NCBI GenBank assembly: GCA_900128565.1
Contig: LT635921.1
Location: 1-51,668, forward strand
Reading direction: 5' to 3'
DNA from: Stramenopiles sp. TOSAG23-6
Taxonomy: Eukaryota
Length of the DNA: 51,668 nucleotides
Part shown: piece after piece, positions 1-10,632 of the stretch
How the letters are laid out: each line of letters opens with the position of its first letter
Position numbering within the stretch: position 1 is the stretch's first letter
The notes under the pieces: model-generated
Told to the model about the DNA's origin: nothing
The model's database searches: none
What the model saw: only the letters and a program-made list of their open reading frames with translations
Made by a program: the position numbers and the translations under genes

Positions 1-3000
1 CAGAGTTCTAAACAAACATGTATTTTGTTAAATGGTCAAATTGCTATTTTGGTAAAGAAGAGTATGGCTTGTACATTGATACAGACACTTATAAGAGGTA
101 GACGCAGCCGAAAAATAGCAGATGCAAAATATCAAAAAGAAATGGAGGAAAGAGCAAAAGCATTTAAGATTCAATCCCGTATGGAGGAATCCTCAAGAGA
201 GAGATTTAAAAATGAGCGCTATGATAAAAAATGTGCTCGTCGTCTTCGGAGACAATCAAATGTATATTCAAAAGATAAATCATACATATTCAAAGATCCA
301 ACATCCTCTTTGGTGATTAGTAGTGGAAGTGAATATAGCAGTGAATCTGAAATTGAGGATATGCATTTTTCCTTATTTGATGAGGATACTAGCCGACGAG
401 TATTATGGACTTCAACTAATGATGGTACGACTGTATGTGTAGTAGATATGGTTGAATACACTTTCAAAGAAATCGAAAGTGTTGGTATGAATTTTCTAGG
501 TCTCAATAAAGTCCAAATAAAGGAATTAGTAAATGAAGTTCGTAAGCATCGTGATGCTATTCTTGAAAAAAAGAGAGAAGCGTGTGTTCTAAGAAATATA
601 AGTGACACTATTAGTAATTCTGCCAAAGCTGCAATGTCAGCTGCTAAAGATGCAGTAGTTGCGTCTGGTCTGGCGCAGTTTGTAGAAGAAAACGTGAAAA
701 GAATACACACTGAAGGATTGGCATGGTTTGCCCTAGAGGAAGAAATATGGTCTATTCTACGAAGCTCTTCAAGACTAATTAGACTTTGGGATACATTCAA
801 AACCATGATTGCAGATGGACAAGAGACATTACGTACAGGTGTAAAAGAACTATCCAATAAACCACTTATCAGTAATGCTCCGAATATTAGAGAGGCACTA
901 AGTGAAGACTTCGAGCGAGGAGGCTATGATAAGTTATTGGATAGCTCTGAAAATACTGATCGCGACTCGTTTATGCTTGGGAATATGGAATTCTTCGCTC
1001 GATCTCATCCTATATTAGATAACCCACAGTCTCTACGCTGTTCATATTGGTTATCTCATAAGTGCTACTTTGATTTGGAAGATTTTGTAGAGAACTCTGT
1101 AAACGTCGATTCTCTTTTCTTTGATGATCATGAAAACGAGGTAGAAATAAATGAAAACACTATACCAAAAAAGAATTTTTACATCAACGAAAGTGTTCAT
1201 GTACTACTCGAAAATGATGACGAAGAAGATTCTGATGATTTCTTTGTTACTGTAGATAAATTGCAACAGAAAAAGGATTCAAAGAAGAAACGCAATGCTC
1301 GCATTTATGCATTAAGTGCTGCTGACAATGGAATGGTAACCGTGCAATACATGGATGATTCAATAGAGAAAATACCGACCAAAGATGCAAAGGCCCGATT
1401 AACACACAATGAAGTTCAAGATGCTAAACAAGGAAGCAATGTAGAACCCCCGGTTATTGGTGTAGTATCAATAGGACAGTCTATACTTGTCAGACACAAC
1501 GACACATGGAACTCTGCAACCGTATATGCAGTCTCACCCCATAGAATATGTGCGTTGTATAAAGATGGTACCATCGAAACAATCAAAAAAGATATTGCTG
1601 CGAAAACCATACAGCTTGATGATAAATCTGATATTATAGAGGACGAATCTATCGAAGGTCAATTAAATCCAAAATTAAACGAGTTAGAAAAAGAACTTCT
1701 TGAAAACCAGCTTATTTTAGAAAAACTTAATGATGAGCTTGCTATAAGCACACTATATTTAGAGAAATTAAATTCAAAAAAACGCATCACAGGTAAACTA
1801 TTTAAGAAACAACGCGCTAAAAGCAAAATTACATCCTTAAACCAGAAAAAACAAAATATACTTTTAAAGTGTGCTGCATTACAGAAATCTAAAGATAGTA
1901 TTCAGAAAAGTAATGGAGAAAAAAATCCCCGAAGCACAAAAATGAAGACGGCTGCAACAAGTAATATACCTTCAATGAACCAAAGTGTGGGGCTTACATC
2001 AGATATTCGTTTATTAATCCAAGAAGTTCGTCGGCGTAAATTCCCATTATTATTGCGAGACTGGTTCTATTCGTCATGGGTGTGGAGTATCCTTGAGAAT
2101 CTAGTAGATAATCCAGATTTATTTCTTCAAGGAAATCCACAAAATCCTAAACTAATGCCTATAAGTAAACTTGAATTTCAGAGTCTTATTGCACGTCTAG
2201 GCCACTCTGACGATCCTGACTTATGTTCTGATGAAAAAGTCACAGAGACATTTAATAATATTTCTAAACTTCAAAAACCAAAAATCGGTGTTGGGTGGAA
2301 ATTATTGAAGAAACGTGTTGCATTTAGTAATGTTAATTATGTACCATTTACTGCTGTATATAAATGGGTAGCAAATCGAAGAATCTGTATCCCTTCTTTT
2401 GATGAAAATGCAAACGAAGGAGACCAACTTTTAAATGATCTAGATAATGAAGGAAACACTAGCCCTCAGTCAAACACATCAACTTCTACAAGCATTCGCA
2501 AAGTTCCGTGGCATACATTTTTCTTTGACTATATGAACGAAGAAGAAGAAAGAATTCGTTGTAGCGGCCTTCAAGTTTCAAAGGTTTTAGAGCAAGCGAA
2601 TTTACAAGCCAAAGATGAGGTAAAGAAATTATCTGATATTGGTTTACTGGCACTGCAACTAGAGATTGAAAAATTGACACAAGCAGAAGAATCTTCTAAT
2701 ATATATGCATTAGATGCAATACCAGAAAATAATTCCAAAACATTAGAGCGACAAAGAAAAGTGGTAGATGAATTGAATAGTAAAGAAGCAAAACGCTTGC
2801 CATTACCACAACTGAACATGGGTGAAGCTATTGAAGTGCATTTTGTTGTGAAACTTAATAGAATTACTGAAATATCGAATAAAAATATTGATGAATTAGA
2901 GAGTTATGACGATAGAGATATTGAGAATAATCAGGGACATGTTGAAGGTGAAATGCCCAAGGAAATAGATGATAATGATGAATTAGTGAGTAACGCAAAT

Positions 3001-6000
3001 ATATCAAGTGAGACGGATACACTTATCGGAGAAAAAATGTCTCCAGATAAGGGTACTCTAAACGATCTTAAAGACTCTAGTGTTGGAACGGCTATGGATC
3101 CAGCTATACTATCCATTGTTAAAGACTCGAGTACTGAAACAGCTTTAGATACATCTAATACTAGAGACTCTACTGTTGAAATCCCTCCGGGTATAGATAA
3201 ACAATCTACCGAGAAAGAATCCAATAAGACACAAGTAACACCAATACGTTTAGAGAATGAGCCAATAAGTGATGCTGTTTCACCGATTACAGCCAATACT
3301 TCAACATTTGATGTGCTTCTTCTTAAATCTAGAAAAGAAAAGATGCCAAAGTGGATACCGGGAATCGTGGTTCGCTGCTGGCCAGATGGAGATTTTGACA
3401 TTAAACTACCCAACACAACATCATATAAAGGATTGACTCCTACAGAAATAAAAGAAGAGGAATCAAAACATTTAATACACCGTTGCGATCGTCGTCTAAT
3501 AAGAAAACCGTTGAATATTTTACACAACTTACTTACCAGTTCTATCATAGAACTTGAGAACGCTGATCGAGAAGAAAAAAAGAAGAACAAGAGAAAAAAT
3601 GAATTGAAAGCTAAATTAAAGAGGTTCGGAGATGCCGGGCAATTTGCTGGGATGTCATTGAAACAAATTCGTAATAAGCGTAGAGAGAGGGAGCTTCGTA
3701 GAATTACCGGCAACATTGGTGCCAAAGTAGATATAAAGAAACGAATGGAGGATATAAAAAAGAAGCAACTACTAGAAAAGCAAATAATTGAGTCTCGTAA
3801 AAAGAAATTAGAACTTTTGAAAAACCGAAGATATGATACACTTCATGGATTAGTATCATCTGGGAGTACAATAGATAACGAAAAAGAAAAACAAAAGACA
3901 AAACAAGAAGAAATCGATGCAGTTGAATGGATCAAAGAAGAGTTGAAAAAGAAATGTATCACCCCTGCACAGTTGTATCGAATGGCAGATAAAAACAGAC
4001 GTGATTGTATTCGTATACAAGAATTCGAGATTGGGATTAATAAGTCAGGAATTATTGGGACACCCGAACAGATTCGCGCACTGTTTCGAGCAATTGATTT
4101 AGATAGGAATGGAACACTGAGTTTTGCTGAGATAGAAAAAGTTGTAACCGATGTAAAAATTCTCTCTCTAGCAGAAAAGACAAAAATGGCGACTGCAATG
4201 CGTGCAAAAAAACGAAAAATGGCGCAAGACATGAAGGAGAAGAGACAGCAAGTGAAAAGGGCCAGGGAAGATAAGCTAGGAGAACGAATTAAGAAGGAAT
4301 CTCGTTCTTTACAACAAGAAATCATCAAACTAGAGGAGTCATTATCAAAAGAAGGTGGTTGGAACAAGCGCGACGTCGCTCTATTGGCAAGTAAACGGGA
4401 GCGCCTCGAGGCTGTTCTAGCTCAAATTGAAGAATACGAGAGGGTTAAACGCGAAGAAGAAAAAAGATTAAGACTTGAAAAGAGAAAAAGGTTAAGACAG
4501 GAAAAATTAGAGCGTAAAAAAGAGCGACGAAGAAGGCGCAAAGAAAAACAATTGGAAATTAATGGTTTGATTGATTCTTCAAGAAAGCGTAAAAAGAAAA
4601 AGAAAAAAACAAATTCTGAACATGCAAAGGCTATCTCAAATTGGGATACACAGATGAAAGAAAATGAGACAGAAATAAAGAAGCGCAGGCGTAAAAGAAA
4701 AGAAGCTGATGAACTTGCTGCACAAGAGGCAAGGGATGCATTAAAAGAAGCAATATTGAAACGTCAGAAATCTAAGGGTTTAACAATGCAAGAAAAAAAG
4801 TGGCTTCAGCATAGAGAAGAATCGCTGCAAAAGAAAAATAAGACTTCTATGATATCATCTACACGTAAAAATCGCTTGGAAGAAGCACGCGAACGAAAAG
4901 AGAAGTTATTGTTAGACATTAAATCGACTGGGATAAAAAAGCGACAGGCTCGTCGTCAGCGACAAGTTCTACACAATCAGCTATCAGGAACTTCATCATC
5001 AAAAGATTTAGCTTTGCAATTAGAACTTAGCGGAGATCTAAAGCGTATGATAGTACAATTACAAAGAGCTTTGCGTAAAAACTATATGACACTGCAATAT
5101 GTATTTAATAAGATGACTGAAGAAACCACGGATTCACTTTTATTAAACACTGTTGATGATGACAAAAAGACTGTATCTAAAGGGCAATTTATACGAGGTT
5201 TGACAAACATTGGTATAATAGACAATCTTGGTAAAATTAGCAATGATGGAAAAGATGGACCTAAATTAAATACAATGTCAAAGGCTGAAATATGTAAACT
5301 TGCTGCCGCACTATTTGCTCATTTGGATAAAGATAAAGATGGTCGACTTACTATTGATGAATTAACTTCAGTACTTGGGAACCCAGCCGAATCGGATAAA
5401 TTGAAAGAATTAAGAGAAAGAAGGGCTCGACAAAGACAGAGAAAATTGGATGAAATAGAAAGTCGGCGAAAATTAAAAGAAACCGCTACAAAGGCAAAAG
5501 TTCTTGCAGATGCACAGATTGCGATAAAACATGTTCGTCATATCATGAAGTCACGGAATATGAGTGTTTCTGGTCTCTTTAAAATTCTTGATACAGATAG
5601 GAGTGCTTCAATTACACCATTGGAACTTGAGGCCGGAATTACTGCTCTTCTACCCTTACGAAAAGACGGAAGGGAGATTTCAAAAGGAGCCGTAAAAGCT
5701 CTTTTCAGAGAAATCGATGGAGGTGAAGGTGGTGATCGCCGAATAACGTATGAAGAATTAGCAGCTGTATTTGACCCCACAAAAAATGAAATAAAAGACG
5801 GGAAAGCTGCACTTAAAAAAAAAGTTGAAAAAAAGAAAGCTCTTGCACAACATGAGGCATTGCAGCGTCAAAATCATTTAGATCGTATGCAAAAAGCAAT
5901 GGAAGCACGCGAACGTTTGCGTTCAAAACGACTTGAGGAAGAATCAGTTTTTGTGAGAGGTGATTGGAAGAAGGAAGCTTCTTCACCAGCCTTTGAATTT

Positions 6001-8349
6001 GAAAGTGCTAAATCGAAGGAGGACGAAAAGTATATGGTAAAGAAGAAAGATCCTTACCTTGAGATATCTGCTGCAGAAAGAAGGAAACTGTGGGAGAAAG
6101 CAAACAAAGAAGCAAAGAAAGCACGTGAGTTGTCAGTTTTAGTAGAAGAGAAAGAGAAAATTAGAAAGAAAAATATGAAATTAAGAATTGAAAAGAAAAA
6201 AAGGGAAATGACTAAAGCAGAAGTTGCGAAGCGTAAAAAACAAAATCAAAATCAAAGAGAAGAGCATGAAAGGAAAGTTAAGGAGTTCGCTAAAAAAGAG
6301 AATGCTCGGATAGAGCACCAATTGCTTATGCTTCAACGCCACGCATCTCACGCGAATAAGGAGTTGTTTACTCTTCTTGGACATTTATGTGCACCGAATG
6401 AAGCTTCTCCGGCACATAAAAAAGCTGGATATAATGTTGAACAATTTCATGATTTGGAAAACGAATTCAAAGAATGTGAAAAATCTACTTTGCATGCAGT
6501 CAATGGTATCGATACCATCCACAGAAGAGATTTAGGAAAAGAAAAATCTGCTGAAGCATCACGTTTGCTTACTATCATGGTTGGTGCAGCAGCAGAAATC
6601 GAATGTGGGGACCTCTCACAAAGTTGCGGTTTGCCTTTACAATTATCTCCTGAACGCCACGACATACTAAAACGTACTTCAGAATCCGCGTCACGTGAAT
6701 TAAAAGAACTTATTGGATATAATAGTAAAGCAATAAAGGAAGTAGATGCAGAAAAGATAGCACACTATTATATGCGACGAGTCAGTGCGTTGGCAAAATT
6801 TATGTTAGCTATCAGACGACAGGCAACTGATTTTCTTGAGAAAAATAACTCTAAAATAAAAGACACTCACAAGAAACGGCCAACTGTGAAAGAAATGGAT
6901 GAGGAAAAATTACAGACTATGAGACATCATCGAAATGTACAACGCGTTGAAATATTTTGTCGCGAAGCTGATGCATTAGTTAGAATGCGGCTTGCATCTA
7001 TATGCGTCGTTTATAGAAATGAAAAACATGTTGAAAAGAAAAAACCTTTGATTGAAGACACACCCGAGCCAGTAGTAGAAATAAAACAAGAAAAACTCAA
7101 AAGTAAGAAAAGTAAAAGTAAAAGTAAGAGTAAAAGTAAAAAGATGGATAAATACAAGGCTAGATTAAACAATAGAAAAATACAAACCAAACACATATCG
7201 GAATTAAAAGAGGAAGACGAGAAAGACGAGAAAGAGAAAGGAGGTTTATTCTCTCGTTTGAAGTCGCGCATTCTGCCAGGACTGAGAAAGGCTAAATTCC
7301 AAGAACAGGTAATGGCAAAGCTTCAATACGAAAAATTAAGAAAAGAAGAAGAGAGTCGCCGTGAAGAGCAAGAACGACAGCTAATGTATGACGAGGAACA
7401 GGATGCTCGATTTATTGCCAAAGTTCGTAGGGCACGATTGCGAAAAGCGAGGGCAAAAGCAAAGAAAGCAGAGGCCAAGGCAAAAAAACTTGAAGCGGAT
7501 GCCAAAGCAAAAGAAGAAAAGGAAGCCAAAGCTAAAGCAGCACGTGAAGCCAAAGCTAAAGCAGCACGTGAAGCCAAAGTAAAAGAAGAAAAGGAAGCTA
7601 AAGCTAAAGCAGAACGTGAAGCGAAAGCGAAAGCAGAAAGTGAAGCCAAAGCAAAAGCAGAAAGTGAAGCCAAGGCAAAAGCTTTACAAGAAATAGAAGC
7701 AGAAGCAAAAGCAAAGGTAAAAGCATTGCAAGAATTCGAAGCAAAAGAAAAAGCAAGTAACGGTAGTAGTAGCAGTAGTAGCAGTAGCAGCAGTGATGAT
7801 GATGATAATTGGAAAACATTTGTTCGCCAGATGAAATTAACTACACATCCAAGAAATAATTTAAACTTTAATTCTCTACATTTTGTTCACTCTGAAGTCT
7901 TATGTGCAGCAGCAAAGTCATCAAACGAAAACGGATTCGTTGGTTGCAAATTTTCGGATGGTGTTGATTCTTTCGGTGTTGTTCTCAGTGGGTTTGAGCC
8001 AATTGATAAAGCTGGAAATTTAGGAGAGCCACAAAAATCAGGCATTATTTCAGTTGGAATGTCACTAATTAGTGTTCAACCACAACAGAAAAATAAAACT
8101 TGGAGGAAAATAAAAGGGTGTAAAGCGGCAGGAATTCTAGCACTTTTACCTTCAGATAGAGTAAAAGAAATCCTTTTACAGTTAGCAAAAGAAGAGAAAA
8201 AAATGATATTTGGGATGATCACTCCATCATTATTGGACCAAATGCGATCAGTATGTTGTACTATTATACAAAAAAGGACAAGGAAGTTCTTGTTGTCCCG
8301 AAGGAAATACGCAAATGAAAAAGCTCTTCTTCGTGAAGAGGTTTGGTAA
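1..8349 (+). CDS. Giant coiled-coil protein with IQ motifs, Tudor-like segments, multiple EF-hands and a C-terminal PDZ-like region (5' end lies outside the window)
   Basis: Frame 1 is open from base 1 (QSSKQTCILLNG...). IQ-like IQTLIRGRRSRK and IQKRTRKFLLSRR; EF-hand loops DLDRNGTLSFAE, DKDKDGRLTIDE, DTDRSASITPLE, DKNRRDCIRIQE; long K/E/R-rich helices; GVVLSGF...SGIISVGMSLISV resembles a PDZ domain. Confidence 0.85.
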   Translation, partial: QSSKQTCILLNGQIAILVKKSMACTLIQTLIRGRRSRKIADAKYQKEMEERAKAFKIQSRMEESSRERFKNERYDKKCARRLRRQSNVYSKDKSYIFKDPTSSLVISSGSEYSSESEIEDMHFSLFDEDTSRRVLWTSTNDGTTVCVVDMVEYTFKEIESVGMNFLGLNKVQIKELVNEVRKHRDAILEKKREACVLRNISDTISNSAKAAMSAAKDAVVASGLAQFVEENVKRIHTEGLAWFALEEEIWSILRSSSRLIRLWDTFKTMIADGQETLRTGVKELSNKPLISNAPNIREALSEDFERGGYDKLLDSSENTDRDSFMLGNMEFFARSHPILDNPQSLRCSYWLSHKCYFDLEDFVENSVNVDSLFFDDHENEVEINENTIPKKNFYINESVHVLLENDDEEDSDDFFVTVDKLQQKKDSKKKRNARIYALSAADNGMVTVQYMDDSIEKIPTKDAKARLTHNEVQDAKQGSNVEPPVIGVVSIGQSILVRHNDTWNSATVYAVSPHRICALYKDGTIETIKKDIAAKTIQLDDKSDIIEDESIEGQLNPKLNELEKELLENQLILEKLNDELAISTLYLEKLNSKKRITGKLFKKQRAKSKITSLNQKKQNILLKCAALQKSKDSIQKSNGEKNPRSTKMKTAATSNIPSMNQSVGLTSDIRLLIQEVRRRKFPLLLRDWFYSSWVWSILENLVDNPDLFLQGNPQNPKLMPISKLEFQSLIARLGHSDDPDLCSDEKVTETFNNISKLQKPKIGVGWKLLKKRVAFSNVNYVPFTAVYKWVANRRICIPSFDENANEGDQLLNDLDNEGNTSPQSNTSTSTSIRKVPWHTFFFDYMNEEEERIRCSGLQVSKVLEQANLQAKDEVKKLSDIGLLALQLEIEKLTQAEESSNIYALDAIPENNSKTLERQRKVVDELNSKEAKRLPLPQLNMGEAIEVHFVVKLNRITEISNKNIDELESYDDRDIENNQGHVEGEMPKEIDDNDELVSNANISSETDTLIGEKMSPDKGTLNDLKDSSVGTAMDPAILSIVKDSSTETALDTSNTRDSTVEIPPGIDKQSTEKESNKTQVTPIRLENEPISDAVSPITANTSTFDVLLLKSRKEKMPKWIPGIVVRCWPDGDFDIKLPNTTSYKGLTPTEIKEEESKHLIHRCDRRLIRKPLNILHNLLTSSIIELENADREEKKKNKRKNELKAKLKRFGDAGQFAGMSLKQIRNKRRERELRRITGNIGAKVDIKKRMEDIKKKQLLEKQIIESRKKKLELLKNRRYDTLHGLVSSGSTIDNEKEKQKTKQEEIDAVEWIKEELKKKCITPAQLYRMADKNRRDCIRIQEFEIGINKSGIIGTPEQIRALFRAIDLDRNGTLSFAEIEKVVTDVKILSLAEKTKMATAMRAKKRKMAQDMKEKRQQVKRAREDKLGERIKKESRSLQQEIIKLEESLSKEGGWNKRDVALLASKRERLEAVLAQIEEYERVKREEEKRLRLEKRKRLRQEKLERKKERRRRRKEKQLEINGLIDSSRKRKKKKKKTNSEHAKAISNWDTQMKENETEIKKRRRKRKEADELAAQEARDALKEAILKRQKSKGLTMQEKKWLQHREESLQKKNKTSMISSTRKNRLEEARERKEKLLLDIKSTGIKKRQARRQRQVLHNQLSGTSSSKDLALQLELSGDLKRMIVQLQRALRKNYMTLQYVFNKMTEETTDSLLLNTVDDDKKTVSKGQFIRGLTNIGIIDNLGKISNDGKDGPKLNTMSKAEICKLAAALFAHLDKDKDGRLTIDELTSVLGNPAESDKLKELRERRARQRQRKLDEIESRRKLKETATKAKVLADAQIAIKHVRHIMKSRNMSVSGLFKILDTDRSASITPLELEAGITALLPLRKDGREISKGAVKALFREIDGGEGGDRRITYEELAAVFDPTKNEIKDGKAALKKKVEKKKALAQHEALQRQNHLDRMQKAMEARERLRSKRLEEESVFVRGDWKKEASSPAFEFESAKSKEDEKYMVKKKDPYLEISAAERRKLWEKANKEAKKARELSVLVEEKEKIRKKNMKLRIEKKKREMTKAEVAKRKKQNQNQREEHERKVKEFAKKENARIEHQLLMLQRHASHANKELFTLLGHLCAPNEASPAHKKAGYNVEQFHDLENEFKECEKSTLHAVNGIDTIHRRDLGKEKSAEASRLLTIMVGAAAEIECGDLSQSCGLPLQLSPERHDILKRTSESASRELKELIGYNSKAIKEVDAEKIAHYYMRRVSALAKFMLAIRRQATDFLEKNNSKIKDTHKKRPTVKEMDEEKLQTMRHHRNVQRVEIFCREADALVRMRLASICVVYRNEKHVEKKKPLIEDTPEPVVEIKQEKLKSKKSKSKSKSKSKKMDKYKARLNNRKIQTKHISELKEEDEKDEKEKGGLFSRLKSRILPGLRKAKFQEQVMAKLQYEKLRKEEESRREEQERQLMYDEEQDARFIAKVRRARLRKARAKAKKAEAKAKKLEADAKAKEEKEAKAKAAREAKAKAAREAKVKEEKEAKAKAEREAKAKAESEAKAKAESEAKAKALQEIEAEAKAKVKALQEFEAKEKASNGSSSSSSSSSSDDDDNWKTFVRQMKLTTHPRNNLNFNSLHFVHSEVLCAAAKSSNENGFVGCKFSDGVDSFGVVLSGFEPIDKAGNLGEPQKSGIISVGMSLISVQPQQKNKTWRKIKGCKAAGILALLPSDRVKEILLQLAKEEKKMIFGMITPSLLDQMRSVCCTIIQKRTRKFLLSRRKYANEKALLREEVW
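7495..7806 (+). repeat. Coding minisatellite (EAKAKAARE/EAKAKAES, ~24-bp units) followed by a poly-Ser AGT/AGC run and poly-Asp
   Basis: Repeated gaagccaaagctaaagcag units, then agtagtagcagtagtagc. Confidence 0.85.
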
Positions 8350-8439
8350 TTAGCACACCATATATTCATTGTCACATGTATAACTACATGTGGGACATTT
8401 TCTGTTTATTATAGGTTTTATTCCATAAAAATTAATTTA

Positions 8440-10272
8440 TTATTTACTCGATCTTCTAAAAGCATTTTGAAATATTTTTAATACTTCTTCTCCACTACTC
8501 CAACTACAAACCTTTGGCATTCCAATACGTGTTGTTTGATACTTTACTTTTTTATTTTGATCCAGCATACTCTCTCGGTCAAGTTTTTCTATTTTTACCA
8601 TTTCTTTATGTAATGACCAATTTTTGCGTGCAAGGACCATGTGATTTGGGAAAATATTTTTTTTAGTAAAAGGTTTTGTTAGGTACAAAATTTTAAAAAA
8701 AAAAAAGAATTTAGAATTGATCCTGAAAACAAACACGTCATTCGTCCCTAAGAAGTTACACGGACAAACATCTCCACGACCATCACCAACATACAGAATT
8801 CGTTCTGTGCTTAATTTATCTAGAGTTAGTTCATTTCGATGACTGACATTATTAAGTGGAATAGTATTTACATCAGGATAATTTATTTTCTGTCGATGTC
8901 TGCGCGCAAGTAATTGCTTCAATGCCAAACCTTTACAAAGATTCGGAGGACATTTTGGACAAAAATGTGCGTCGCGATGAAACGGTTTTATTCTAAGAAT
9001 TTCATTTGCGTGTGATGCGAGAGGTGTTTCTGTTTTTTGCCATTCACCAACATTGCTTATAATACCACCACTAGCAAATAAATCCTCAAGACCAAGAAAT
9101 TCTAATATAACAGAGATATACCATGTATTTGCATCACTTAGAATTAATAAATCTGCACCAGCAGCAGAAGCAAGTTGAACAGCTTCAATCATTTTAACAA
9201 ATACAGGAATACTTTGCAACGCATTAGAAAGATCACTTTTGGTAATACGTGCTTTATAATTCTCAGATGATACATTTTGTTCCGTCTGAATCTGTTTTCC
9301 TATTTCGTCAGAATTGTCTTCGGAAAGAAGTTTTAGAATACAATGGTCCATCAGTGCAGTCCAACAACCTTTACCATAGTGATCAGGGTCAGTTTTTTGG
9401 ATTAATTTTGCATATTTTCGTAAAGATGGACGTAGTTGATCAAATACCCAAGTATCGCTGTTTTCATTCACTAAAGACCAATCAAAGTCAAATACGCATA
9501 GAGTGGGTTCAATAGGCAAAAACACTTTGTTAGATGCCCATTCTATGGCTTCAACAGTTGTATTAAAACAAATAGTTGCCCCTGAAGCAATGAGCTTTTT
9601 TTCTGTAAATGAAGTCAATACACCACATATTATACCAATACCTGCAGCTGATGCAGACCCACAACCTGATGGAGAATCTTCAAACGCAATGCATTGACTT
9701 GGATGAAAGCCTATTTTTGCAGCGGCGCGTTGATAGGGTTCAGGATGAGGTTTACTTTCATTGCAATCACAGTTTGTTATTCGCAAATGTGGAGGAAATA
9801 ATTTACCAATTTTAGGTGCTGCGTCTAATAAAGCTGATGCTACGATGCGATATGATCCTGTGCACAACACAGTGGATACCGATCCAGATTGCAGCTTCTC
9901 AATGGCTTTGGATACTCCGTCAAAAACCACTGGAGGAGGAGCCTGTGTGACGAAATCTGCCATTTTTGTCTGCTTCAACGACATCAACTCGTCCGCACTT
10001 ATAGGGACATTTTTAAATGACCTTTCTCGACGCACCAGACCACGAGATGCTATTCTAAGTACTAATTTATCAGCCAAACCATTACCAGGCACACCTATAT
10101 GTGCATTATACAGCTCTTCATCCAATATTTCAGATGCAGTTTCAATTGATATATTAACCACAGAAGCCAGTGTAGCGCGCCAGTTGAATAGACTGATTTG
10201 TTCACTATCAATTAGAGTCCCATCCATATCAAAGATAAATCCATGACAACCCAATGATGTAGTGGAACTCAT
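8440..10272 (-). CDS. Two-domain HAD phosphatase: N-terminal HAD-IA (beta-PGM/HDHD1/CbbY-like) fused to a PHOSPHO1/PHOSPHO2-type phosphatase; probable intron 8639-8734
   Basis: Motif I FDMDGTL, KPHPEPY and FEDSPSG in domain 1; FDFDWSL, ILSDAN, CPKCPPNLCKG and YVGDGRGDVCP in domain 2. ATG at 10272 (MSSTTSLG) is more plausible than the GTG start at 10500. Confidence 0.88.
   Translation of the reverse strand: MSSTTSLGCHGFIFDMDGTLIDSEQISLFNWRATLASVVNISIETASEILDEELYNAHIGVPGNGLADKLVLRIASRGLVRRERSFKNVPISADELMSLKQTKMADFVTQAPPPVVFDGVSKAIEKLQSGSVSTVLCTGSYRIVASALLDAAPKIGKLFPPHLRITNCDCNESKPHPEPYQRAAAKIGFHPSQCIAFEDSPSGCGSASAAGIGIICGVLTSFTEKKLIASGATICFNTTVEAIEWASNKVFLPIEPTLCVFDFDWSLVNENSDTWVFDQLRPSLRKYAKLIQKTDPDHYGKGCWTALMDHCILKLLSEDNSDEIGKQIQTEQNVSSENYKARITKSDLSNALQSIPVFVKMIEAVQLASAAGADLLILSDANTWYISVILEFLGLEDLFASGGIISNVGEWQKTETPLASHANEILRIKPFHRDAHFCPKCPPNLCKGLALKQLLARRHRQKINYPDVNTIPLNNVSHRNELTLDKLSTERILYVGDGRGDVCPCNFLGTNDVFVFRINSKFFFFFKILYLTKPFTKKNIFPNHMVLARKNWSLHKEMVKIEKLDRESMLDQNKKVKYQTTRIGMPKVCSWSSGEEVLKIFQNAFRRSSK
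8639..8734 (-). other. Putative 96-nt non-canonical intron GTTTGT...TCACAT
   Basis: Very T/A-rich in-frame insert with CTAAC and TACTAA branch-like motifs; removing it gives LGTNDVVLARKNWSLHK, matching the PHOSPHO family C-terminal motif. Confidence 0.65.
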
Positions 10273-10632
10273 TGTATTATATAATAAATTGAATGGAAGA
10301 AAACACAATAATTGAAAGATCTTAGATCCGAGGTGGACACGTCTTTCGTTTTTTCGTGGCCGCACAAACAATGACCATCCATCCATCCCATCCATCACTG
10401 ATTTTTTGACTAGGTCCTGGCTGACGTCATCCAAAAAATCCAAAATTCCTTGGGTTGGAATCGAATGGAAATTGGAATGCACAATATTTTTAATGTGCAC
10501 TCAAAAATCCTTCGAATCGAATTTAGTTTTTATTCATATTCGAAGCTTGTGTCAAGCTGCTTGCAAGGAAAAAGCAAAAAACGCATGATAGAAAGAAGAA
10601 CCGATTACATCCGAGATTATTTTTAAAGCACC

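Noticed and set aside
219..8375. Numerous antisense ORFs (e.g. 219-857, 2931-3725, 3843-4367)
   Set aside because: They are shadows of the long + strand CDS, with F/S/L-rich composition and no motifs.
10273..10500. N-terminal extension of the HAD ORF from the GTG start
   Set aside because: It is promoter/UTR-like sequence; the conserved domain starts just after ATG 10272.
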